Assembly (NCBI GenBank): GCA_963810095.1
Contig: CAWEMM010000014.1
Location: 210,240-274,239 of the forward strand
DNA from: an uncultured Chloroflexia bacterium
Lineage (GTDB): Bacteria; Chloroflexota; Anaerolineae; CG2-30-64-16
DNA: 64,000 bases
Direction of reading: 5' to 3'
Below the pieces are notes generated by a model that made no database searches, had not been told where the DNA came from, and worked only from the letters and a program-made list of their open reading frames with translations. The position numbers and the translations under genes are program-made. This document shows positions 55,659 through 64,000 of this stretch, one piece after another (within the stretch, counting starts at the first letter, position 1; each line of letters begins with the position of its first letter).

Positions 55659-57502
55659 TGGGTTTCATTCTCGACGGCCTCGAAAGCGAGGCATACGACC
55701 GCCAATACGGCGACCGCGAGCTGCTGCGCCGGGTGCTGACCTATTTCCGGCCGCACACGAAGCGCATGCTGCTCGTCGCGGTCGCGCTGACCCTGAACTC
55801 GCTGGCCGGCAGCGGCGGTCCGATCCTGATTTCGTCGGGCATCGACATGGTCGAAAAGAACCCGTCGCGGCAAGCCATCTTCCTGCTTGCGGGCGGCGTC
55901 CTGCTGCTCGGCATCGCGGCCTGGGTGTTCAACTTCATCCAGCAGTGGTTCTCGGCTCGCGTCGTCGGCGACGTGGTGCTGAAGATTCGTGAGGACGTTT
56001 TTGCCGCCACCATCCGGCACGATATGTCGTTCTACGACGAGCACCCGTCGGGCAAGGTCGTGAGCCGGGTGACCTCGGACACGCAGGACCTGTCGGACGT
56101 GGTGACACTGATTACCAGCCTCATCAGCCAGGTGATGTTGGTGCTGTTCCTGGCTTTCTGGCTTTTCAGAATCGACGCCCGCCTGACGGTGGCGCTGTTC
56201 CTCATGGCGCCGCTGGCCGCGTTCATCGCTCTGAGCTTCCGGCGCATCGCACGCACCGTCACCCAACGCGCGCGGCGGGTGACCGCGAAGATCAACGCGC
56301 AGATCCAGGAATCGGTCAGCGGGATCGTCGTGGCGAAGAGCTTCCGCCAGGAGCGGGCCATCTACCAGGCCTTCGCAGATAACAACCGCCAGGCGTACGG
56401 GGTGACGCTGCGGCGGGGCATCACGCTGGACACGATCTTTCCGATCATCGCCACCTTCTCGGGCATCAGCGTCGCGATCCTGATCTATTTCGGCGGCATG
56501 GCGACCCGCGGCCCGAACGGCATTACGACCGGCAACTGGTACCTCTTCATGCAGTCGGTCGGCTTCTTCTGGTGGCCGGTCATCGGCATTGCGTCGTTCT
56601 GGAGCCAGTTCCAGGATGGGCTGGCCGCGTCCGAGCGGGTCTTTGCACTGATCGACGCGGAGCCCAAGGTGGTGCAGAACGCGGCGGAGCCGGTGACCCG
56701 GCTGACCGGCGACGTGCGATTCGAGCACGTTCAGTTCACCTATACGCCGAACGTTGAAGAAAGCCGCGGCGGCGAGGTGGTCCTGCCGGACTTCAACCTG
56801 CACATCCGCCCGCAGGAGACGGTGGCGCTGGTCGGCCACACGGGCGCCGGGAAGAGCAGCGTGGGGCGGCTGGTGGCCCGCTTCTACGAGTTCCAGGGCG
56901 GGGCGATCCTGGTCGACGGCGGGGCATCAGGGACGCACGATATCCGCTCGCTCGACCTGCAGGCCTACCGCCGGGAGGTCGGCATCGTGCCGCAGGAGCC
57001 CTTCCTGTTCTCCGGCACGCTGCGCGATAACATCCGCTACGCCCGGCCCGAGGCGACGGACGCCGAGGTCGCGGCGGCCGCGCGGCGAGTGGCGGGTGGC
57101 GAATGGGTGGACGATTTACCGCACGGCCTCGACACCGACGTGGGCGAGCGCGGTTCGAGCCTGTCGATGGGGCAACGGCAGCTGACCGTGCTGGCGCGGG
57201 TGGTGCTGAAGGACCCGGCGATTTTCATCCTGGACGAGGCGACCGCGAGCGTGGACCCGTTTACGGAGATGCAGATCCAGGAAGGGCTGGCCGAGGTGAT
57301 GGCCGACCGGACGGCGATCGTCATCGCGCACCGGCTGTCGACCGTGGTGGCTGCCGACCGGATCATCGTGATGGACCATGGGGAGATCATCGAGGAAGGG
57401 AACCACGAGGAACTGATGGTGCGCGGCGGACATTACGCGACGCTGTATGACACCTACTTCCGGCACCAGTCCATCGAATACGTGGAGGCGCAGCGGGCAT
57501 GA
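55658..57502 (+). CDS. ABC exporter permease/ATPase fusion (second half, intact)
   Basis: 614 aa with a 1-nt TGATG overlap with the upstream gene. Walker A GHTGAGKSS, signature LSMGQRQL and Walker B FILDEATASVD. Confidence 0.9.
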   Translation: MGFILDGLESEAYDRQYGDRELLRRVLTYFRPHTKRMLLVAVALTLNSLAGSGGPILISSGIDMVEKNPSRQAIFLLAGGVLLLGIAAWVFNFIQQWFSARVVGDVVLKIREDVFAATIRHDMSFYDEHPSGKVVSRVTSDTQDLSDVVTLITSLISQVMLVLFLAFWLFRIDARLTVALFLMAPLAAFIALSFRRIARTVTQRARRVTAKINAQIQESVSGIVVAKSFRQERAIYQAFADNNRQAYGVTLRRGITLDTIFPIIATFSGISVAILIYFGGMATRGPNGITTGNWYLFMQSVGFFWWPVIGIASFWSQFQDGLAASERVFALIDAEPKVVQNAAEPVTRLTGDVRFEHVQFTYTPNVEESRGGEVVLPDFNLHIRPQETVALVGHTGAGKSSVGRLVARFYEFQGGAILVDGGASGTHDIRSLDLQAYRREVGIVPQEPFLFSGTLRDNIRYARPEATDAEVAAAARRVAGGEWVDDLPHGLDTDVGERGSSLSMGQRQLTVLARVVLKDPAIFILDEATASVDPFTEMQIQEGLAEVMADRTAIVIAHRLSTVVAADRIIVMDHGEIIEEGNHEELMVRGGHYATLYDTYFRHQSIEYVEAQRA

Positions 57503-57564
57503 CGCAGAGCGGGGGCGGGGCGCGGCCGTACGCGGCTGCCCCCTGCGCGGTGCCGCCGGTCGCG

Positions 57565-58710
57565 TCAGCCGGCCGAGTAGATTGCCAGGATGTTTTCGAG
57601 CGGCGTCTCGGGAACGGCCTCGTGCGACGGGCCGAGGACCAGCCCGCCGCGTGCGCCCCACAGATCGCGCGCTCGCTGCACCTCTGAGCGCACCTGCTGC
57701 GGCGACCCGCTCACCAGGAGCTTTTGCACGTCGATGCCGCCGCTGATGCAGACGTCGCGCCCGTACCTGGCATAGACCGTCGCGAGGTCCATGTCGCGCG
57801 CCGAAGTTTGGACGACGTCGAAGACGTCGATCCCCGCGTCGATCATCATCGGCAGCACTTCGTGCACGCTGCCGCAGCAATGCCAGCTGAACACCAGCCC
57901 GTAGCGTTTGACCTCGGCGATCATCTCCCGGTAGAGCGGCTGGAAGTACTTCCGGAACAGCGCCGGCGCAAACATGATGTGCTCTTGCCCGGCCACGTCG
58001 TCCCACGACGCATACAGGTTGGCCGCATGACCGAAAGCCGCGAGCGAACGCCTCGAAAACTCCAGGCAGAACTCTCCGACTTCGCCGATCAGCCGCTCGG
58101 CCAGCCCCTTGTCGAGCACCATATCCATCAGGAATTGCTCCATCCCCCGCAGGTAGGAACAGATCATGAATAGGTTGTTGAGGACGCCCATGCAGACGAC
58201 GTGCTGCTCGCGGCCCGCCAGCGTGTCACAGGCCAACGCGCTCTCCTCCTGCCCGTGTTTGGCCTGCCGGTTGACCATGCAGGAGAAGTCGAAGTCGGCC
58301 AACCGGTGCATCAGGAAGCCCGCAGGGAGGTCGCTCGCGCGCTCCACACGCGCAAGCGGCGGATCGGCATACGCGGGATACTCGAACCCAAGCTCGTCCA
58401 CCCCGCCCGAAATCGCGGGGATGCCGAGCGTGTAGAAGTAAGCGCCGTCAGGGACGTAGCGCCCGGCCGGCGCGGGCCCCCGGTAGGCGGGCAGGAAGGT
58501 GGCCCAGGCGTCGACGCGCGAGCCCGAGGCCCAGAAGTCCGCGCCGAGACAGTCGAGAAGCGCCTCGGCCGCCCCGAGACCGCCGGCCGGATCGAGATCG
58601 AAGTGGGCCATCAAGCGGCGCACGAGGACCTTCGATCCTCGGAAATGCGTCGGGATCCGGTCGACCGGCCGGCGCCCCGCAGCAGCCAGATAGCGCTCTC
58701 TGCCGTTCAC
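57565..58710 (-). CDS. uroporphyrinogen-decarboxylase (URO-D/MtaA-like) family protein, paralogue 1
   Basis: 381 aa. The C-terminal half ...VFSWHCCGSVHEVLPMMIDAGIDVFDVVQ...ISGGIDVQKLLVSGSPQQV...VLGPSHEAVPETPLENI matches the URO-D family layout. Confidence 0.7.
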   Translation of the reverse strand: MNGRERYLAAAGRRPVDRIPTHFRGSKVLVRRLMAHFDLDPAGGLGAAEALLDCLGADFWASGSRVDAWATFLPAYRGPAPAGRYVPDGAYFYTLGIPAISGGVDELGFEYPAYADPPLARVERASDLPAGFLMHRLADFDFSCMVNRQAKHGQEESALACDTLAGREQHVVCMGVLNNLFMICSYLRGMEQFLMDMVLDKGLAERLIGEVGEFCLEFSRRSLAAFGHAANLYASWDDVAGQEHIMFAPALFRKYFQPLYREMIAEVKRYGLVFSWHCCGSVHEVLPMMIDAGIDVFDVVQTSARDMDLATVYARYGRDVCISGGIDVQKLLVSGSPQQVRSEVQRARDLWGARGGLVLGPSHEAVPETPLENILAIYSAG

Positions 58711-58728
58711 CTGTGTCCCCCGTCTCCG

Positions 58729-60276
58729 TCAGCCCAGGAAGCGGTCGTAGAGTTGATGGTTGACCGGCGCCAGGGCGCCGTAGAGCTGCTTGTAGATCGG
58801 GAAGAGCTCGGCGTAGCGAGCGGTCACCTTGAGATCCGGCTCGAAGGTCACGCCCGGCTTCCACACATGCTCGAAGGCATCCTGTTCGTCCCGGTAGATG
58901 CCGACCCCGATGCCCCCCAGCAGGGCGGCGCCCATCGGCGTTGCGTCTTCCACCGCGGGCACTTCGATCACCTGCCCGACCATGTCCGCCTTGTTCTGCA
59001 TCCAGAACTTGTTGCGCACCGCACCGCCGACGACCACCAGCTTCTCGAACGGGACGTTCATCTCGTTCTGCATCGTCTTCACGACGTCGAGGAACTGGTA
59101 GTCCAGCCCTTCGATGATCGCGCGCAGCATATCGCCCTTTTCGACAAAGTTGCTTAACCCCACAAAGCCGGCCAGCGAGCGGTTGTCCACCGTCGGGCAG
59201 CCCGCGCCCGACATGTGGGGGAGGAACATGACCCCACGCGCACCCACGGGAGACTGGGCCGCCTCCGCCATCAGGTAATCCCAGTCCACACCGCCCGAGG
59301 TCTCCGCCTGGCGCTTGGCCTCGAACCCGTACTGCTTGCGATACCACTCCAGCATGTCGGACGAGACTGCGCCGCCCCAGACGGCAAACAGGTTCCGCGC
59401 GACATGCGCCTCCACGGTCACCCCGGCCCGCTGCGCCTGGGGCGTGAGGACGGGGGCCGGCGTCGAGGCCAGAACGACTTCCCAGGTGCCGCTGACGTCG
59501 AGGATGGCGCCCGGCTTGATGGCGCCGACCGGCAGCGCGCCGCACAGATAGTCGTGCCCTCCGAGCACGACGGGCGTGCCGGGCGCCAGCCCTGTGGCCT
59601 CCGCCGCATCCGGCGTAACGCCGCCGATGACCGTGCCGCTGGGGAACGCATCGCAGAGAATCCGCCTGTCAATCCCCGACAGGGCCAACATCTCGTCCGA
59701 CCAATTCAGGTTGCACTGGTCGAACAAGAGCGTGCACGAGGCCATGGTGTAATCTGTCGCGGCGACGCCGCACAGCATGTAATTAACGAAATCCTCGATG
59801 AGCAGCCACTTGTGCGTTCGCTTCAGGATCTCGGGCTCGTGCTCGGCCATCCACAGCAGCCGCAGCGCGGTGGAGAAGCGCCAGAGCGTGTTGCCGCCAA
59901 TCGAGAAGGTCTTTTCCGCGCCGATGTGCTTGACCCACCAGTCAAACTGCGGCTGAGTGCGCGGGCAGTGCCAGCTGATCATGGGGTAGAGCCAGTTCCC
60001 GTGTTCGTCGATGGGCAGGCCGTCCATCCCCATGCCGGTGACCGCAATCGCTTTTACGTCGCGCGGATCGCCGACCGCGGCCATGGCATCCTTCAGCGCG
60101 GCCGCGCTTCCGCCCCAGATCTGTTCGGGCTGCCACACGGTCCACTCGGGGTGGAGCGGATCGGGATGGAAGCGTTCGGTTGGCCGCGAGCCGCTCGCGA
60201 TGACATTGCCCTGCGTATCGTAGATGACGGCCTTGAGGCTGGTCGAGCCCAGGTCAATCCCTGCCAGATAAGCCAT
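58729..60276 (-). CDS. FGGY-family carbohydrate kinase
   Basis: 515 aa with N-terminal YLAGIDLGSTSLKAVIYD and C-terminal VVVGGAVRNKFWMQNKADM. Confidence 0.85.
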   Translation of the reverse strand: MAYLAGIDLGSTSLKAVIYDTQGNVIASGSRPTERFHPDPLHPEWTVWQPEQIWGGSAAALKDAMAAVGDPRDVKAIAVTGMGMDGLPIDEHGNWLYPMISWHCPRTQPQFDWWVKHIGAEKTFSIGGNTLWRFSTALRLLWMAEHEPEILKRTHKWLLIEDFVNYMLCGVAATDYTMASCTLLFDQCNLNWSDEMLALSGIDRRILCDAFPSGTVIGGVTPDAAEATGLAPGTPVVLGGHDYLCGALPVGAIKPGAILDVSGTWEVVLASTPAPVLTPQAQRAGVTVEAHVARNLFAVWGGAVSSDMLEWYRKQYGFEAKRQAETSGGVDWDYLMAEAAQSPVGARGVMFLPHMSGAGCPTVDNRSLAGFVGLSNFVEKGDMLRAIIEGLDYQFLDVVKTMQNEMNVPFEKLVVVGGAVRNKFWMQNKADMVGQVIEVPAVEDATPMGAALLGGIGVGIYRDEQDAFEHVWKPGVTFEPDLKVTARYAELFPIYKQLYGALAPVNHQLYDRFLG

Positions 60277-60316
60277 GCCTGCACCTCCCTGTGTCCGCTA
60301 CCGCGGCTTGTCGCGC

Positions 60317-61342
60317 TCAGTATCGCCCGAACTGCCGAAGCGTCTGCATCATTGCCGCGTAGTTTTCCGGCTTCACGCCCGAGTGAATGCTGTTGCTCGA
60401 GGACAAGATGTAGCCGCCGCCCGGCATGCCCTCGCGCAGCGCCTGCTTGGTGGCCTCTACCGTCTCTTCCACGCTGCCGAAGGTCAGCAGGTCGGCGCAG
60501 TCGACGTTGCCCTTGATGGCGATGCGATGGCCGTACTTCGCCTTGACCTCAGGAATGCTCATGCCGCCCTTTGGGTCGATCGGATCGAGGCAGTCGATGC
60601 CCGAGTCGATGATCATATCCAGGATGGGCCACAGGTTGCCGTCGGTGTGCTTGATCACCAGCAGCCCGAGGTCCTTGTAGCCGCCCATGACCCGGCAGAG
60701 CCCGGGATAAAACAGCTTGCGGAAATGGCGGGGCGACATCAGCGGTCCTTTGCTCGAACAATAGTCGTCGCCCGTATAGACGATCTTCACGCCCCGCGCC
60801 ACTAACTCCTTGGCCATGACGAGGTTAATGTCCACCGACATGTCGACGAGTCCCTGGACTAACGCAGGCTCGCCCGCAATCGCCATGAGCAGGTTCTCCA
60901 TGCCCATGAGATAGCGCGGGAGCGAGAAGACGTCGTTGAGGTGCACGACGACCGCGTATTGGTCGCCGTATTCGGCAAGCGCCTTCTCTACCGACGCATA
61001 GCGGCCCGGCTTCAATGGGTCAGGCGGCGCATAGCGCTCGAAGTCCGCCATCGTCGCGATGGGCGACTCCACTTCGATGCCATGTTCCTCCTGCGTCTTC
61101 TGGCCCACGTAGCCCCACTCGCTGCGATAGCGCCCATCTTCGAGCGGCTCTTTCGTGAAATTGGGGTCGACGAGGACCGCGTCGTGGCCCATCCGAACCG
61201 CGAAATCATTGTGATCGCGACAGCCCGGCAGCAGCGCGTCGCGCACCTTCCGGTCGACCAGCCATTCAAAGTGTGGCACCCGGTCTGGCTCCTGTCGCTG
61301 CAGCGCGGCCATGACGCGTTCTTTTGAGGTCATTTCGGACAA
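60317..61342 (-). CDS. uroporphyrinogen-decarboxylase family protein, paralogue 2
   Basis: 341 aa with motifs DRVPHFEW, IKHTDGNLWPILDMIIDSGIDCLDPIDP, IAIKGNVD and GGGYILSSSNSIHSGVKPENY. Confidence 0.75.
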   Translation of the reverse strand: MSEMTSKERVMAALQRQEPDRVPHFEWLVDRKVRDALLPGCRDHNDFAVRMGHDAVLVDPNFTKEPLEDGRYRSEWGYVGQKTQEEHGIEVESPIATMADFERYAPPDPLKPGRYASVEKALAEYGDQYAVVVHLNDVFSLPRYLMGMENLLMAIAGEPALVQGLVDMSVDINLVMAKELVARGVKIVYTGDDYCSSKGPLMSPRHFRKLFYPGLCRVMGGYKDLGLLVIKHTDGNLWPILDMIIDSGIDCLDPIDPKGGMSIPEVKAKYGHRIAIKGNVDCADLLTFGSVEETVEATKQALREGMPGGGYILSSSNSIHSGVKPENYAAMMQTLRQFGRY

Positions 61343-61397
61343 TTGATTAACCCTCCGTTGCTGTGCTGGTGCCGGCTGCGCTCGACTCTCACTGTGG

Positions 61398-62360
61398 TCA
61401 GCACAGAGCGAGGACCGCTTCTGCCGCCAGATCGTCGATGATTAGCCAGTCGATGACGCCGCTGCGTACGGCGCCAAGGATCGCGGGGGCCTTGGCCTTT
61501 CCCGAGGCCACCGCGATGACGTTCGGGAAGCGGTTGAGGTCGGTCCAGTCGACGCCGATAACGCAGGAGTTGAACCAGGGAATCTCCACGTACTCCCCGT
61601 TCAAATCATAAAAGGAGGAACAGACCGCCCCGACAACCCCCTGGCGGTCAAGCCGCCGGAGTTCCTCGTATGAGATGTAGCCTGAGTGATACTGGGTCGA
61701 AACCCCGGGAACGATGGAGCCGATGCCGACCAGGGCAATATCCGACTGTTTTGCCAGCTCCAGCACCTCGCGCACCGACCGGTCTTCCCGCAGCGCCTCC
61801 GCGACGCTTGCACTATCCACTCGCATGGGTGCGTTAAGGTAGTAGTGCTGTGCGCCGAAGATCTCGCCTGCTCGCCGCACCTGCTCCGGGCCGTCGATCG
61901 TCGCATGTGGCGCGCCCACCCCCCCGAGCAACTGCACGACCTTGAGGTTTGGCAGGCGCTTCGGCCGCAATTCACGTATTACGGTATGCACCGTGGTCCC
62001 CCACGACAGGCCGAGCGTCATCCCGTCGTGGAGCATCCTGTCGAGGGCGGTCACGGCGAGGCGGCCCAGTTGGCGGCGCACTTCATCGTCGCTGGTGTTC
62101 CGGCACTCGACGACCGACACTTCCTTCAGGGCAAAGGTGCGGGTGAACCGCTCCTCCAACTCGGGCACGGTCGGTATGGGTGGGTGCACCCGTATTTCGA
62201 CGATGCCAAGCTCGCGCGCCTCGAGAAGGAGTCGCGAGATTGACGGCCGCGACAGGCCCACCAACTTCGCGATTTCATCCTGAGAGAGGCCGTCGGCGTA
62301 ATAGCGCTGGGCGATCTCTGCGATCAACTGCAGACGGTCAAGCGATAGCTGCTCTGCCAT
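61398..62360 (-). CDS. SorC/DeoR-type sugar-binding transcriptional regulator
   Basis: 320 aa with an N-terminal HTH (AQRYYADGLSQDEIAKLVGLSRPSISRLL) and a C-terminal sugar-phosphate-binding-type domain. Confidence 0.85.
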   Translation of the reverse strand: MAEQLSLDRLQLIAEIAQRYYADGLSQDEIAKLVGLSRPSISRLLLEARELGIVEIRVHPPIPTVPELEERFTRTFALKEVSVVECRNTSDDEVRRQLGRLAVTALDRMLHDGMTLGLSWGTTVHTVIRELRPKRLPNLKVVQLLGGVGAPHATIDGPEQVRRAGEIFGAQHYYLNAPMRVDSASVAEALREDRSVREVLELAKQSDIALVGIGSIVPGVSTQYHSGYISYEELRRLDRQGVVGAVCSSFYDLNGEYVEIPWFNSCVIGVDWTDLNRFPNVIAVASGKAKAPAILGAVRSGVIDWLIIDDLAAEAVLALC

Positions 62361-62421
62361 GCTCTTACCTCTGAACCCGTATTCGACTCGTTGCGTGCCA
62401 CTTCACAATATTATCACAGAC

Positions 62422-63423
62422 TCATGCTTCGGCCTGGGTTAAGACGCGCTCCGCTGCTGCGTCATCCGTTACGAGCACATCCGGGATTCCGGTTCGCAGC
62501 GCGCCCAGGATCGCGTCGGCCTTCCCACGCCCACCTGCGACGGCCAAAACCGTCCCGTACTGCTGCAGATGATCCCAACTCGGCCCGATGGTACACGCCT
62601 CGAGCCTGTGCAGTGGCGTGCGGCGCCCCTGCAGGTCGAAGTAGTATTGGCAAAACGCGCCCACCGACCCTCGGGCGCGCAGATCGTCCAGCTCGGACAG
62701 CGAGACGTAGCCCGCCTGGTGCGTCGTGCTGGTCTCCGCCTCGGTCGTGCCGATCCCGAGCAGCGCGATGTCGGAGCGCCCTGCCAGCTCCAACACCTCG
62801 GCGATCGAGTGGTCAGAGCGCAGCGCCGCCGCCACCTCGGCGGAGCTGACGATGAGGGGAGCATTGATGTAGAAGTGCTGGGCCTGCAGGACGGCCGCGG
62901 CCCTGCGCACTTGCTCGGCCGCGTCGATCTGCCGGTAGCTCATTCCCACGCTGCCGACCAGTTGGACGACTCGCACGCCGGTCAGCGCCCTTGGAGACAG
63001 CGCCCTCACTACGGCCTGGCTCGCCGTGCCCCAAGCGATGCCGACGACCATATTATCCTTGAGCAGTTCGCCCAAGACAAGCGCCCCCAGGCTGCCCAGG
63101 AGCGACAGCACCTCCGCGTCGGTGGCCGTCCGGCGCGCCAGCACGCGCGCCCCGCGCAGCCCGAAACAGCGGACGAGCCGCGTCTCCAACTCGGGCACGG
63201 TGGGGATGGGCGGCTTCAGGCTGATCTCCACAATGCCGAGCTTCTTGGCTTCGTCGAGCAGGCGGGCGACCGCGGACCTTGAAATTCCTGCGCGCGCGCC
63301 GACTTGCTCCTGCGACAGCCCTTCGAGGTAGTACCACTGCGCGACGTCGGCCGTCAGCCGGAGCCTGTGCCCACTCTCGGGCCCCACGTTGGGCATATCG
63401 AGCACCTCACCGATCAGGGACAC
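62422..63423 (-). CDS. SorC/DeoR-type sugar-binding transcriptional regulator, tandem paralogue
   Basis: 333 aa, collinear with the neighbouring regulator (AQWYYLEGLSQEQVGARAGISRSAVARLL...IPTVPELE...). The start may be internal. Confidence 0.8.
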   Translation of the reverse strand: MSLIGEVLDMPNVGPESGHRLRLTADVAQWYYLEGLSQEQVGARAGISRSAVARLLDEAKKLGIVEISLKPPIPTVPELETRLVRCFGLRGARVLARRTATDAEVLSLLGSLGALVLGELLKDNMVVGIAWGTASQAVVRALSPRALTGVRVVQLVGSVGMSYRQIDAAEQVRRAAAVLQAQHFYINAPLIVSSAEVAAALRSDHSIAEVLELAGRSDIALLGIGTTEAETSTTHQAGYVSLSELDDLRARGSVGAFCQYYFDLQGRRTPLHRLEACTIGPSWDHLQQYGTVLAVAGGRGKADAILGALRTGIPDVLVTDDAAAERVLTQAEA

Positions 63424-63453
63424 GGCATATGCAAAATGCCTTGTCCCTACACT

Positions 63454-64000
63454 CTAGTGGTCCATCGCCAATAGGAACTCCCGCGAGTAGGCGCGTTCGA
63501 TAGGATACCGTCCGTATTCCACTCCGGCACGGGCAAGCGCCAGGGCATTCTGGCCCGGCACGTCGGCCTGCAGGTTGTGAGTGGGGCACAGAATGTACCC
63601 CCCGCCCGGCGCGAACGACTCGATCTTTTGCCGCACCTCGGCGCTGACCTGCTCCTCAGTCCCGAAGGGGATGACTCCCTGCGTGTCCAACCCGCCGTGG
63701 AAGGAGATCCGGTCGCCGTAGGCTTCTTTCAGGCCCAGCGCGTTCATGCCTCGGGCGCGCGTCTGCACCGGGTCCAGCACGTCGACCCCAATCTCGATCA
63801 GGTCCGGGATGATCGGCGCCACCGCGCCGCACGTGTGCAGCATCAGCTTGCACTCGTAGTTCCCCAGGTCGGCCAGTCGTTCCTTCACCGCACAGTACAC
63901 GTCGGCCAGGATGGGCTTGACCAGGCTGCGGAACACCCGAGGCGAGATGAGCATGCCCGTCTGGATTCCGAAATCCTCGCCGCCCAGGCGGACCACCGAC
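63454..64000 (-). CDS. uroporphyrinogen-decarboxylase family protein, paralogue 3; N-terminus lies beyond the window
   Basis: The frame is open to nt 64000. Motifs LHTCGAVAPIIPDLIEIGVDVLDPVQ, ISFHGGLD and GGGYILCPTHNLQADVPGQN. Confidence 0.7.
   Translation of the reverse strand, partial: SVVRLGGEDFGIQTGMLISPRVFRSLVKPILADVYCAVKERLADLGNYECKLMLHTCGAVAPIIPDLIEIGVDVLDPVQTRARGMNALGLKEAYGDRISFHGGLDTQGVIPFGTEEQVSAEVRQKIESFAPGGGYILCPTHNLQADVPGQNALALARAGVEYGRYPIERAYSREFLLAMDH

Noticed and set aside
53160-60516. Long ORFs 53160..55058 (632 aa), 55613..56839, 57116..58006, 58201..59157, 58448..59545 and 59215..60516
   Set aside because: These are out-of-frame or antisense readings across the response regulator, the ABC genes, URO-D-like 1 and the FGGY kinase. 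Only short stretches of 53160..55058 are real, as frame-shifted pieces of the ABC gene.
1-64000. CRISPR arrays, tRNA/rRNA/tmRNA genes, transposases, integrases, prophage or toxin-antitoxin and defence modules
   Set aside because: I saw no spaced direct-repeat arrays, no T-loop (GGTTCGAATCC-like) contexts outside coding sequence, and no DDE, tyrosine- or serine-recombinase, capsid or terminase-like translations in any frame.

Overview
High-GC bacterial chromosomal window (about 65-70% G+C by eye). Housekeeping gene order resembles Firmicutes, Chloroflexi and Actinobacteria. I found no rRNA, tRNA, CRISPR array, transposase or integrase. Layout: (1) 1-6.3 kb holds cNMP-binding and HD-domain signalling genes, a lipoprotein and a cyclic-2,3-diphosphoglycerate-synthetase-like gene. 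(2) 6.3-24.6 kb holds mostly minus-strand core genes: tatC, tatA, nusB, Asp23-like, fabG, fabD, rpmF, YceD-like, coaD, recG, DegV, YloV-like, Asp23-like, divergent rpmB, rpe, a serine hydrolase, guaA, xpt. (3) 25.2-45.2 kb is a plus-strand Wzx/Wzy-dependent polysaccharide locus with visibly lower G+C. (4) 45.3-52 kb holds small membrane or unknown genes, a GT2, a DUF937-like gene, a surface protein and a TolB-like lipoprotein. (5) 52-57.5 kb holds a two-component system and a heterodimeric ABC exporter. (6) 57.6-64 kb is a minus-strand locus with three uroporphyrinogen-decarboxylase-family paralogues, an FGGY kinase and two SorC regulators. Main observations: a family of 33-nt palindromic intergenic elements (five copies between 4.8 and 24 kb); a 56-nt perfect GC palindrome between recG and coaD; a consensus promoter driving about 390 nt with no convincing ORF; a TatA/B-like N-terminus fused to TatC; and about 26 frame breaks in 12 genes, clustered and partly in homopolymer runs, so probably assembly indels. 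No canonical defence or mobile system is visible. My best candidates for undescribed biology are the URO-D/FGGY/SorC locus, the decorated amino-sugar polysaccharide locus and the palindromic element family. All family assignments come from motif recognition by eye; no searches were run.
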